NCBI GenBank assembly: GCA_965240325.2
Contig: OZ251231.1
Span: 1,798,001 to 1,862,000, forward strand
DNA length: 64,000 nucleotides
From: Rebecca billardiae RCC1528
Lineage: Eukaryota; Protista; Haptophyta
Direction: 5' to 3'
Made by a program: the position numbers and the translations under genes. Below are positions 54,834 through 64,000 of this stretch, one piece after another. The notes under the pieces are model-generated. The model searched no databases. It was not told where the DNA came from and worked only from the letters and a program-made list of their open reading frames with translations. Numbering within the stretch: position 1 is the first letter of the stretch; each line of letters starts with the position of its first letter.

Positions 54834-56831
54834 ATGGCGGTGCCTGCAGTCCAACGCGTGTCGCGGCGCCGCGCGGCGGCAGCGGCCGTCGTCAACCAGC
54901 AGGTCCTCGGCGCTCGTGGGCGCGGCGGCGGGGGCCGCGGTCGGGGCCGGGGTGGGCGCGCGGGTGGCCGCCAAGCAAGTACCCTGCCGCCTGCCGCGCC
55001 GGTGCAGCAGCTCGGCCCGCTGCCGGTCCAGCCGCCGCCCGCGACCGCGCCGGCGGCCGGTGCCAGGACGACGGCGGGGGCTGCTCCCGCGCCCGCGCCC
55101 GGGCGAGCGGCCGGCGCCGCGTCGACGGCGGCTGCTGCGCAGCCGCAGGCACCCGCCCCCCCGGCCGCGCCCGCTGGCCAGCCGGGCATTCCGACTGGCC
55201 TACCACCCGACCTCGCGAACAGCCTCACTGACTTCCTTCGCGGCGTCCACGGCAACGGTGCGGGTGATGGGGCGGTCGGTGGCCACTCGGGCGCGCCGCC
55301 CGCCGACGGCGCACCGACGGGGCCCACCTCTGTCCCGCCGCCGCGGCCGCCGCCCTGGGGCGTCCGGCCGGCGCCGGACGCGGCGGCGCCCCTCGCCCCG
55401 CCCAGCTCGCTCGTGCCGCATCCCGTCCCCTTCGGTGGGGCTGGCTTCCTTGCGGGGGCCGCGCACGAGTTCGCGAACGCTTGCGCGCTCGCGGGCGGCG
55501 CGGGCGGCCAACTCCGTGGGACCGGGGGGGGGAGGCCGAGCTTCCCGGCTCGCGGGGCGTTTTCGTCCATGCGGCGCGGCTTGGGCGTGCCGGCGAACGC
55601 GGCGGGTTCGGTCGTCTGGGAGTCCTTCAACATGGCTGAGGTGCCGCACGCGCAGGTCGATCGAAGCGTCTACTTCAACACGAAGGGCGAGCTGCGCGAG
55701 GCCTACCAGCTCCTCAGCCAGCTCCACTTCATACTGCTCGTCGAGCAGGCCGAGGGCTTCTGCACGCGCGCGGGTGACGCCGAGGTGCTGCGCGAGTACA
55801 GGGGCTTCGTGATGCAGCTCGCTGAGGCGCGCGACTGGCGGGCGGCGGCACAGTTCCACTCTGAATTCTCGGAGAGCCTCGGGCGGGTGCTCGACGCGCG
55901 CTCGGGCGTGGCGGCGCTGGTGGCGAGCATCGGTGGCGGGCGGGAGCCGTTCTTCGACTGCTACAAGAACGACAACCCCTTCCATGACAAGTTTGCCATG
56001 CGCCCGCTGATGCGCGTCTACGGTGGGAGCATGCCGATTCCGCCGCCGCCGCCGTCGCTGATGGTGCAGGACCTGTCGCCCGGCTTTGGCGGGGCGGCGC
56101 CCGGCGCAGCGGAGTGGGGCTGCTGGTCGTGGTCGGCGCCGATGCAGGTGGCGCCGCACGGGCCCGTGCCGCTCTCGTTCACGTGCGCACCCTCGGCAGG
56201 ATCGTCCTGGGCGCCCCGCCCGGCGCTGTGCCCGCCGGCGCCGTACCCGCAGGGGCTGCAGGCGGCAGCGCCGGCCCCGCCGGCGCCGCCGGTACAGGGG
56301 GCGCAGCCCGGGCCCGCGCCGCTCGCGCTCACGTACGTGCCGCCGGCGGGTTCGGCCTGGGCGCCCGGGCCGGCGCCGTACACACCGGCGCCGTACCCGC
56401 CGGGGCCGCAGGCGCCGCCTCCCGGCCCGCCGCCCCCGCCGCCAGGCGGGCCGCCGCGGACGCTGCCGCAACCGTTCCCGGGCGCCGCCTCTGCGGGGGG
56501 CGTGCCGCCGCTGACGCTGGCGCGCGAGCTGGCGCGGTACGGGGGTGTGTGCGACGCGAGCGGGCGGCCCCTGCTCTCGGAGGCCAACCACCGCGTCTTC
56601 CGCGCGCACGGCTGCCTACGGCACCAGCTATTCGGCGACTGCTCCGCGGCGGCGTGCCCGCTGTTCGCCGCGTACCGGTCGGCCGGCGGCCAACCGTCTG
56701 CGCAGATGCAGCACAACTTCACGCTCGCGCACGCCACCAAGTGCGCTCTGTGCGGGAGCCTTGGCCACTTGGCCGGCGCGCACGCCGAGACAGCGCACGT
56801 GCAGCAGCACACGGGCGTGGGCCGCGTCTAG
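54834..56831 (+). CDS. Gag-like protein of the DIRS/Ngaro element
   Basis: Pro-rich ORF upstream of RT with Cys/His motifs CLRHQLFGDCSAAACP and CALCGSLGH. ATG at 54834; the frame is also open back to ATG 54528 inside the duplicated host segment. Confidence 0.7.
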   Translation: MAVPAVQRVSRRRAAAAAVVNQQVLGARGRGGGGRGRGRGGRAGGRQASTLPPAAPVQQLGPLPVQPPPATAPAAGARTTAGAAPAPAPGRAAGAASTAAAAQPQAPAPPAAPAGQPGIPTGLPPDLANSLTDFLRGVHGNGAGDGAVGGHSGAPPADGAPTGPTSVPPPRPPPWGVRPAPDAAAPLAPPSSLVPHPVPFGGAGFLAGAAHEFANACALAGGAGGQLRGTGGGRPSFPARGAFSSMRRGLGVPANAAGSVVWESFNMAEVPHAQVDRSVYFNTKGELREAYQLLSQLHFILLVEQAEGFCTRAGDAEVLREYRGFVMQLAEARDWRAAAQFHSEFSESLGRVLDARSGVAALVASIGGGREPFFDCYKNDNPFHDKFAMRPLMRVYGGSMPIPPPPPSLMVQDLSPGFGGAAPGAAEWGCWSWSAPMQVAPHGPVPLSFTCAPSAGSSWAPRPALCPPAPYPQGLQAAAPAPPAPPVQGAQPGPAPLALTYVPPAGSAWAPGPAPYTPAPYPPGPQAPPPGPPPPPPGGPPRTLPQPFPGAASAGGVPPLTLARELARYGGVCDASGRPLLSEANHRVFRAHGCLRHQLFGDCSAAACPLFAAYRSAGGQPSAQMQHNFTLAHATKCALCGSLGHLAGAHAETAHVQQHTGVGRV

Positions 56832-56837
56832 GAGGCG

Positions 56838-58559
56838 GTGGGCGCGCGACGAGATCCCCTGTCGGTGCCCGCCGCGTTCCGCGGCGCGCCGCTCGCTATG
56901 ACTCGCCCGCCCATCACCTCCGCCGAGATGGTCGCGCGCACCGGCCTGCGCGCTGACCTCGCACACAGTCTCGTGCCCAACGCCATGCAGCGCAACTACG
57001 TGGCGCTGGCGTCCTTCATCCATGCCTTCACCGGCGTTGACCTGTCCGTGGAGCTGCGTGACGGCGTCGATCTGCTCTACCGCGGCGCGCGCGTGTCGCG
57101 GTTCCGTCCCAACCACCGTTCCTCGCTGGCGCAGCCCGAGTTTGTGCGCGCGCGGCTCGCCGAGTATGTGTCATCGGGCGTGCTGGCGGGGCCGGCGCGC
57201 GGCGGCCGGCCCCTGCCGCGGCCAGTGGCGGTGTCGCCGCTCGGTTGCGTACCGAAGGACGAGGACGACTTCCGCCTCATCGTGGACATGACGGCCTCGG
57301 GCGTGAACGCCGACATCCGCGCGCCGCGGTTCACCTTTGAGTCGCTGGACGAGCTCCTGGCCGATCTGACCCCCGGCACCTGGATCTTCAAGGTGGACAT
57401 CGACGCGGCATACACGCGCGTCGCCGTGCGCCCGGAGGATCTGTGGCTGCTCTGCATTTGGTGGGAGGGCGCCTACTACGTGTACACCTCGCTCCCCTTC
57501 GGCGCCGCGTCCGCGCCGTTCCTGTTTTGCCGGCTCTCAGATCTGCTGCGGCACGCGTTCGTGGCGCGCTGGTCGGGGGAGCTGCGCTTCAAGCTCAAGA
57601 ATTTTGTCGATGACGGTTTCGGGTGGAGCTCGCACCGGGGGGACCTCGATCGGGCATTCCAGCTCTACTGCTCGACGCTGCGCGCCGCGGGTCTGCCGCC
57701 GTCGGCCAAGCCGACCAAGATCGTGCCCGCATGCCAGCACATCGAGCTGCTTGGCGTCGTCATTGACGCGGTCCAGGGCTCGGTGTCTCTACCCGAGCGG
57801 AAGCGCGCCAAGTGGTTCCCGGCGCTGCTCACGCTGCTCGGCAGCCGCGTGACGCGCCCGGAGCTCAGCTCGCTCATCGGCAAGCTCGGCTGGATCGCTC
57901 GGATACAGCCCGCGGTTCGCCCGTTCATCCGCCCCTTCCTCGACCTCCTCTATGCGCGGCACGATGCGTTCGCTGCGTCCGGCACCCTCGTGGCGCCCCT
58001 GGGGGTGCTGCTGCCGCGCGAGTGCGCTTTCTTCGCGCGGCTGCTCGAGCGGGGCTCGTGTCGGCGGCAGCTGTACGTGCGACCCTCGGAGCGGCTGGCG
58101 GTGGCCACGGACGCCGCCCTCTCCACGGGGCGCGGTGGGGCGGCGTCGTCGGCGGGCCATGTCGCCGCGTGGGACCTGCGCGCCTTCGTGCCGGCCGGCG
58201 AGGCGTGGGACATCAACGAGCTCGAGTGCTTGTGCGTCCTGCTCGCCGGCTTGCGCTGGCTCGCCGGCCGCTCCGCTGTGCACCTCCTCTTACTGTGTGA
58301 TAACTCTGCATCCGTGGCGTGGCTGTCGCGCATGTCTGTGCCCCACCGACCGGTGCTCAACTGCCTGCTGCAAGACCTCGCCCTGCTCGCGGCGGAGACA
58401 TCCAGCACGCTGCTCTGCAAGCATGTGCCTGGGGCGCGCAATCGGGTGGCGGACGCAATCAGCCGCGGCCGCGCGGTGCTTCCCGAGTACTGGCCCGAGC
58501 TCCGGGATGAGGCCGCCGCGTCCTTCGCGGCGGCCGGCGATCAGCACGGCCTGCCCTGA
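56838..58559 (+). CDS. Reverse transcriptase-RNase H (DIRS/Ngaro type)
   Basis: SPLGCVPK..FRLIVD, KVDIDAAY, LPFGAASAPFLF, FVDDG, ELLGV; RNase H ATDAA, INELE, CDN, N..ADAISR. Confidence 0.93.
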   Translation: MGARRDPLSVPAAFRGAPLAMTRPPITSAEMVARTGLRADLAHSLVPNAMQRNYVALASFIHAFTGVDLSVELRDGVDLLYRGARVSRFRPNHRSSLAQPEFVRARLAEYVSSGVLAGPARGGRPLPRPVAVSPLGCVPKDEDDFRLIVDMTASGVNADIRAPRFTFESLDELLADLTPGTWIFKVDIDAAYTRVAVRPEDLWLLCIWWEGAYYVYTSLPFGAASAPFLFCRLSDLLRHAFVARWSGELRFKLKNFVDDGFGWSSHRGDLDRAFQLYCSTLRAAGLPPSAKPTKIVPACQHIELLGVVIDAVQGSVSLPERKRAKWFPALLTLLGSRVTRPELSSLIGKLGWIARIQPAVRPFIRPFLDLLYARHDAFAASGTLVAPLGVLLPRECAFFARLLERGSCRRQLYVRPSERLAVATDAALSTGRGGAASSAGHVAAWDLRAFVPAGEAWDINELECLCVLLAGLRWLAGRSAVHLLLLCDNSASVAWLSRMSVPHRPVLNCLLQDLALLAAETSSTLLCKHVPGARNRVADAISRGRAVLPEYWPELRDEAAASFAAAGDQHGLP

Positions 58560-58770
58560 ACGCCCGGTCGCCGCCGCTCAGCAGCCAGCGGGGCGGGTCA
58601 GCAGTGCTGACTCAGCCGGCCGACCTGCCCCTTGACCCTGCTAGTGCCGATCGTGCGCGCCTGCTGCGTGCCCCCGGCATGCTCGCCTGGCCCAGCCAAG
58701 AACCATCGGCGTTCGCTGCTGCTGCCTTCGACGCCGCGGCGGCGGGTGGCGGCGCCGCGCGCCACCGTCC

Positions 58771-59552
58771 GCGCCGCTCATCATGCGCGCGCGCCGGTCA
58801 ACATGCGCCGAGCATCATGCGCGCGCGCCGATCATCACGCGCGCACGCCGATCATCATGCGCGCGCGCCGATCATCATGCGCGCGCGCCGGTCATCTTGC
58901 GCCGATCATGCGCGCGCGCCGATCGTCATGCGCCGATCATCATGCGCGCGCGCCGATCATCATGCGCCGATCATGCGCGCGCGCCGATCATCATGCGCCG
59001 ATCATGCGCCGATCATGCGCCGATCATGCGCCGATCATGCGCCGATCATGCGCCCGCGCCGATCATCATGCGCCGATCATGCGCGCGCGCCGATCATCAT
59101 GCGCCGATCATGCGCCGATCATGCGCCGATCATGCGCCCGCGCCGATCATCATGCGCCGATCATGCGCGCGCGCCGATCATCATGCGCCGATCATGCGCC
59201 GATCATGCGCCGATCATGCGCCGATCATGCGCCGATCATGCGCCCGCGCCGATCATCATGCGCCGATCATGCGCCGATCATGCGCGCGCGCCGATCATCA
59301 CGCGCCGATCATGCGCCGATCATGCGCCCGCGCCGATCATCATGCGCCGATCACGCGCGCGCGCCGATCATCATGCGCCGATCATGCGCCGATCATGCGC
59401 CCGCGCCGATCATCATGCGCCGATCATCATGCGCGCGCGCCGATCATCATGCGCGCGCGCCGATCATCATGCGCGCGCGCCGATCATCATGCGCCGATCA
59501 TGCGCGCGCGCCGATCATCATGCGCCGATCGTCATGCGTGCGCGCCGATCAT
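58771..59552. repeat. Minisatellite of GCCGATCAT(CAT)GC(GC)n units interrupting the YR region
   Basis: ~780 bp of 11-20-nt variant units with degenerate edges and a pure centre. Confidence 0.95.
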
Positions 59553-60030
59553 CCGCGGCGCGTCCGCCGTCGCTCGCGTGCCGCGCGACCGTCCTCGTTC
59601 GCGCGGCGTGCGTCGCCTACTCCCCGCCGCTTCCACCGGCCGCCATCGCTCCCACAGCGCAGGCGGCCCGGCGGTTTGCCACAGCCGGACAGCGGGCTTC
59701 GGCGCTTCGCCCTTCGCGTCCAAGGTCCAAGGGGCGCATGGCGATTCAGGGCTACGCACGCTGGCTGGACGTCGCTTCGCGGAGCTCGGGGTGCTGCCCG
59801 CCGTCGACGGCCGACACCGGGCGGGTTGGCGCGCGTGCGAGGCTTTCGCGCGGCGTATCTGGCGTGGCTGCACGATGAGTGTCGGGCGCTGGGGCTCCCA
59901 CAACGTGTGTTGGCGCCAACTCGGTTCGACGCTCGGCCGTGGCGACGCTGGCCGTTCCTGGGGCTTCCCGCGGCCGAGATCACCGCTGCGGGGCGGTGGG
60001 CGGGGCCTGCGCCCCGCACGTACTTCCCGG
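59553..60030 (+). pseudogene. Tyrosine recombinase C-terminal remnant (frameshifted)
   Basis: Joined across frames: RSK, YLAWLHDECRALGLP, NSVRRSAVATLA, LGLPAAEITAAGRW..PAPRTY. This corresponds to the HSxRxG..GRW..Y catalytic region of DIRS YRs. Confidence 0.75.
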
Positions 60031-60184
60031 GAGCTGCCCCGCCCGACGGCACGCGCTTGGCGCTGACGGCGTGCGTCGGGGCGTGGCCGGGCGCAGCGTC
60101 TCTGGGGGTCGGGGCCGGGCCTGGCCTCGACCGCGCCGGCCGACGCCGCCCATGCCGGCGTGGCGCCTGGCGCTGCGCCCCTGT

Positions 60185-60924
60185 GGGCGGGCGCTGTCTC
60201 GCCGCCCGGCCCCCCGTGACGTCTGGCGGCCCCAGGCAAGCTAGGCAGCCGCCCAACGTAAACACCGGACCGCCATAAGGCGGAGCGCGACGCGCGCGGT
60301 TATGGGGCGATGGCCGACGCGACGGGAGTGGCGGGTTTGGCAGTCTGCGGCGGTTATCGCGTTATGACTGCCGGCGCCGCTTCGCCGCCGCCCGATACCC
60401 TCCTCCAGCGCCCCTCCGACCGCACCCCCGCCCGGACGGGCTCGGAGCTCGGAGCTCGCAGCGCGCCCCCGGACAGCGTTCCGAGCGTGTGGCAGCTCGC
60501 TTTTGGCGCGGACCGCAGAAAAGTGAGCGCGCGCCGGGAGTTGACGGGCAGTGACCGGCTTTGGCGAACAGGAGCGAGTTTCGCCCAGCAGCCGTCCGCT
60601 TTCCCGCCCGACCGCACGGCGCACCTCGCCCTGCCCGACCGCCGACCGGACCGCCGCCCGACTACCAAACCCAGCCGACGGGCCACGCTTGGCGCCGAGC
60701 AGCCGCACGGACAACCAGCTGCGCTCCTCCGCCTCCCGCCCGCCCTCCCTCGGCGTTGGATCGCCGCGCCGGGGCAGGGTGCGGCTTGAGTCAGCGTCCG
60801 CGTGGGGGCGGGCGCTGTCTCGCCGCCCGGCCCCCCGTGACGTCTGGCGGCCCCAGGCAAGCTAGGCAGCCGCCCAACGTAAACACCGGACCGCCATAAG
60901 GCGGAGCGCGACGCGCGCGGTTAT
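60185..60924 (+). repeat. Split direct repeats B1 (60185-60303) and B2 (60806-60924), 119 bp, around the putative A2
   Basis: gggcgggcgctgtctc...cgcgcgcggttat is identical at offset 621. Confidence 0.92.
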
Positions 60925-60994
60925 ATCTGGCCAAAGAAATAGAGCTGGCCCCCCCTGTACAGTATGGGGGTACGCGCCACGGCGGAAAATCAAC

Positions 60995-63985
60995 ATGGCG
61001 GGCGATGCCGCGGTCCGCATGCTCCGGCGCGCGGCGGGGCGGGGCGACGCACGTGCGACCTTCCTGCTGGCGACGCGCACCGAATCGGGCGACGGCGTGA
61101 CGCGGGACGTCGGCGAGGCGCTTCGCCTCTATGTCCTCGCAGCGAATCGCGGCTTTGTGCAAGCGCAGCGACGCTTGGGCGAGATCCACGCGGCCATGCC
61201 GAATTGGGCAGAGGCGGTGCGCTGGTACCAGCTGGCGGCCGAGCAGGGCAATGCAGCTGCGCAAAACAGCCTGGGCGCGCGCTACGAAGGAGGCGAGGGC
61301 GTGCCGCAGGATATGGCCGAGGCGGTGCGCTGGTACCGGCTGGCGGCCGAGCAGGGCAATGCAGCTGCGCTAAACAACCTGGGCGCGTGCTACCAACGAG
61401 GCGAGGGCGTGCCGCAGGATATGGCCGAGGCGGTGCGCTGGTACCGGCTGGCGGCCGAGCAGGGCAATGCAGCTGCGCAGTACAACCTGGGCGCGCGCTA
61501 CCGACGAGGCGAGGGCGTGCTGCAGGATATGGCCGAGGCGGTGCGCTGGTACCGGCTGGCGGCCGAGCAGGGCAATGCAGAAGGGCAGAAAAGTTTGGGC
61601 GCGCTGTATGCACGCGGCGAGTGTGTACCGCAGGATATGGCCGAGGCGGTGCGCTGGTACCGGCTGGCGGCCGAGCAGGGCGATTCAGCTACTCAGGCCT
61701 ATTTGGGCGCACTGTATGCTCGAGGCGAGGGCGTGCCGCAGGATCTGGCCGAGGCGGTGCGCTGGTACCTGCTGGCGGCTGAGCAGGGCAATGCAGCTGC
61801 GCAGTACAACCTGGGCGCGTGCTACCAACGAGGCGAGGGCGTGCCGCAGGATATGGCCGAGGCGGTGCGCTGGTACCGGCTGGCGGCCGAGCAGGGCAAT
61901 GCAGATGCGCAGTACAACCTGGGCGCGCGCTACCAACGAGGCGAGGGCGTGCCGCAGGATATGGCCGAGGCGGTGCGCTGGTACCGGCTGGCGGCCGAGC
62001 AGGGCAATGCAGATGCGCAAAACAACCTGGGCGCGCGCTACGAAGGAGGCGGGGGCGTGCCGCAGGATATGGCCGAGGCGGTGCGCTGGTACCGGCTGGC
62101 GGCCGAGCAGGGCAATGCAGCTGCGCAGTACAACCTGGGCGCGTGCTACGAAGGAGGCGAGGGCGTGCCGCAGGATATGGCTGAGGCGGTGCGCTGGTAC
62201 CGGCTGGCGGCCGAGCAGGGCAATGCAGCTGCGCAGTACAACCTGGGCGCGCGCTACCGACGAGGCGAGGGCGTGCCGCAGGATATGGCCGAGGCGGTGC
62301 GCTGGTACCGGCTGGCGGCCGAGCAGGGCAATGCAGAAGGGCAGAAAAGTTTGGGCGCGCTGTATGCACGCGGCGAGTGTGTACCGCAGGATATGGCCGA
62401 GGCGGTGCGCTGGTACCGGCTGGCGGCCGAGCAGCGCGATTCGGCTACTCAGGCCTATTTGGGCGCACTGTATGCTCGAGGCGAGGGCGTGCCGCAGGAT
62501 CTGGCCGAGGCGGTGCGCTGGTACCGGCTGGCGGCCGAGCAGGGCAATGCAGATGCGCAGTACAACCTGGGCGCGCGCTACCGACGAGGCGAGGGCGTGC
62601 CGCAGGATATGGCCGAGGCGGTGCGCTGGTACCGGCTGGCGGCCGAGCAGGGCAATGCAGATGCGCAAAACAACCTGGGCGCGCGCTACGAAGGAGGCGG
62701 GGGCGTGCCGCAGGATATGGCCGAGGCGGTGCGCTGGTACCGGCTGGCGGCCGAGCAGGGCAATGCAGCTGCGCTAAACAACCTGGGCGCGTGCTACGAA
62801 GGAGGCGAGGGCGTGCCGCAGGATATGGCTGAGGCGGTGCGCTGGTACCGGCTGGCGGCCGAGCAGGGCAATGCAGCTGCGCAGTACAACCTGGGCGCGC
62901 GCTACCGACGAGGCGAGGGCGTGCCGCAGGATATGGCCGAGGCGGTGCGCTGGTACCGGCTGGCGGCCGAGCAGGGCAATGCAGAAGGGCAGAAAAGTTT
63001 GGGCGCGCTGTATGCACGTGGCGAGTGTGTACCGCAGGATATGGCCGAGGCGGTGCGCTGGTACCGGCTGGCGGCCGAGCAGGGCGATTCGGCTACTCAG
63101 GCCTATTTGGGCGCACTGTATGCTCGAGGCGAGGGCGTGCCGCAGGATCTGGCCGAGGCGGTGCGCTGGTACCTGCTGGCGGCTGAGCAGGGCAATGCAG
63201 CTGCGCAGTACAACCTGGGCGCGTGCTACCAACGAGGCGAGGGCGTGCCGCAGGATATGGCCGAGGCGGTGCGCTGGTACCGGCTGGCGGCCGAGCAGGG
63301 CAATGCAGATGCGCAAAACAACCTGGGCGCGCGCTACGAAGGAGGCGAGGGCGTGCCGCAGGATATGGCCGAGGCGGTGCGCTGGTACCGGCTGGCGGCC
63401 GAGCAGGGCAATGCAGCTGCGCAAAACAACCTGGGCGCGTGCTACAAAGGAGGCGAGGGCGTGCCGCAGGATATGGCCGAGGCGGTGCGCTGGTACCGGC
63501 TGGCGGCCGAGCAGGGCAATGCAGCTGCGCAGTACAACCTGGGCGCGCACTACCAACGAGGCGAGGGCGTGCCGCAGGATATGGCCGAGGCGGTGCGCTG
63601 GTACCGGCTGGCCATCGACGGCGGCCAGCCACATGCCCACTCGGCATTGGCGCTCCTGCTGCTCGCAGGTGAGGCCGTGCAGCGCGACGTGGCGGAGGGA
63701 GTGCGGCTGCTGCGCCGCGGGCACGAGCTTGATGGCTCCGTGGTGGATCCGAGCAAGGTCCTCGGCGACTATGCCGGAGATCGCGAGGTGGCCGCTGCGT
63801 GCTGCATGGTGTGCGCCAAGACGGGCCGGGGCGTGAAGAAGTGCGAGCGGTGCCTCGTGGCGGTCTTCTGCTGCCGCGAGCACCTGCGGAGCGCGTGGAA
63901 AATGCATCACAAGCAGCACTGCACGAAGTGGCACGCCGCCGCGGCGGTGATGACTGCCGCTGCCAATCAGCAGCAGGCTGAATAA
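60995..63985 (+). CDS. Sel1-like repeat protein (22 near-identical 36-aa repeats plus degenerate caps) with C-terminal MYND-type zinc finger
   Basis: Repeat AQxNLGxxYxxGEGVPQDMAEAVRWYRLAAEQGN with a 108-bp period from ~61250 to ~63625; C-terminal CMVC..CERC..FCC..H..W..HKQHC. Confidence 0.93.
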   Translation: MAGDAAVRMLRRAAGRGDARATFLLATRTESGDGVTRDVGEALRLYVLAANRGFVQAQRRLGEIHAAMPNWAEAVRWYQLAAEQGNAAAQNSLGARYEGGEGVPQDMAEAVRWYRLAAEQGNAAALNNLGACYQRGEGVPQDMAEAVRWYRLAAEQGNAAAQYNLGARYRRGEGVLQDMAEAVRWYRLAAEQGNAEGQKSLGALYARGECVPQDMAEAVRWYRLAAEQGDSATQAYLGALYARGEGVPQDLAEAVRWYLLAAEQGNAAAQYNLGACYQRGEGVPQDMAEAVRWYRLAAEQGNADAQYNLGARYQRGEGVPQDMAEAVRWYRLAAEQGNADAQNNLGARYEGGGGVPQDMAEAVRWYRLAAEQGNAAAQYNLGACYEGGEGVPQDMAEAVRWYRLAAEQGNAAAQYNLGARYRRGEGVPQDMAEAVRWYRLAAEQGNAEGQKSLGALYARGECVPQDMAEAVRWYRLAAEQRDSATQAYLGALYARGEGVPQDLAEAVRWYRLAAEQGNADAQYNLGARYRRGEGVPQDMAEAVRWYRLAAEQGNADAQNNLGARYEGGGGVPQDMAEAVRWYRLAAEQGNAAALNNLGACYEGGEGVPQDMAEAVRWYRLAAEQGNAAAQYNLGARYRRGEGVPQDMAEAVRWYRLAAEQGNAEGQKSLGALYARGECVPQDMAEAVRWYRLAAEQGDSATQAYLGALYARGEGVPQDLAEAVRWYLLAAEQGNAAAQYNLGACYQRGEGVPQDMAEAVRWYRLAAEQGNADAQNNLGARYEGGEGVPQDMAEAVRWYRLAAEQGNAAAQNNLGACYKGGEGVPQDMAEAVRWYRLAAEQGNAAAQYNLGAHYQRGEGVPQDMAEAVRWYRLAIDGGQPHAHSALALLLLAGEAVQRDVAEGVRLLRRGHELDGSVVDPSKVLGDYAGDREVAAACCMVCAKTGRGVKKCERCLVAVFCCREHLRSAWKMHHKQHCTKWHAAAAVMTAAANQQQAE

Positions 63986-64000
63986 GCAATCAGGCTGCTG

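Larger units (their letters stand above)
54819..60924 (+). mobile_element. 5'-truncated tyrosine-recombinase retrotransposon (DIRS order, Ngaro/PAT-like split direct repeats)
   Basis: Gag-like ORF, RT-RNase H, YR remnant, and 3' B1(60185-60303)-A2-B2(60806-60924) layout; the 5' A1 repeat is absent. Confidence 0.85.

Noticed and set aside
53359-55812. 817-aa ORF as a real gene
   Set aside because: It crosses four unrelated rearranged segments and reads gag out of frame; only the 54559-54818 part is true Sel1 coding sequence.
58604-60278. Three long ORFs (RRSCADHAPIM repeats)
   Set aside because: Produced by a stop-free minisatellite; only the distal YR fragments are meaningful.
54489-61254. 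Diversity-generating retroelement (RT plus template/variable repeat pair)
   Set aside because: The two 330-bp copies look identical, with no adenine-specific mismatches, and the RT has RNase H, gag and YR partners typical of DIRS-order elements.
61250-63625. CRISPR-like array (constant plus variable segments)
   Set aside because: The period is exactly 108 bp in one open frame encoding Sel1 repeats; the variable parts are homologous to each other; no cas genes.

Overview
A very GC-rich eukaryotic genomic window with spliceosomal GT-AG introns. The style suggests a haptophyte-like alga, but that is inference only. Most ORFs in the supplied track are GC-rich shadow frames. Supportable host genes: (1) a secreted beta-helix/poly-Asp/Ser-Pro protein cut by the left edge; (2) an ABHD12/13-type hydrolase; (3) a frameshifted fibrinogen/lectin-like Ser-Pro protein; (4) a six-exon secreted RTX-type Gly/Asp-repeat protein; (5) a ~5,470-aa intronless polycystin-1-like receptor (LRR, ~2,000-aa Ser-Pro rod, IPT, REJ, GPS, TMs, IQ, EF-hands); (6) a DENN/SBF2/PDZ protein; (7) a Sel1-repeat/MYND protein whose 22 near-identical 108-bp repeats vary combinatorially at a few positions. 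The intergenic DNA is rich in mobile DNA that the ORF track does not show: three Helentron-like elements with shared ends (13-bp subterminal IR plus 3' hairpin) but unrelated interiors, a CAC-ended TIR element with a 2-bp TSD, a nest of elements in a (TA)n tract, and a 5'-truncated Ngaro/DIRS-type tyrosine-recombinase retrotransposon. The missing 5' repeat of that retrotransposon is replaced by an exact 330-bp copy of the 5' end of the neighbouring Sel1 gene.
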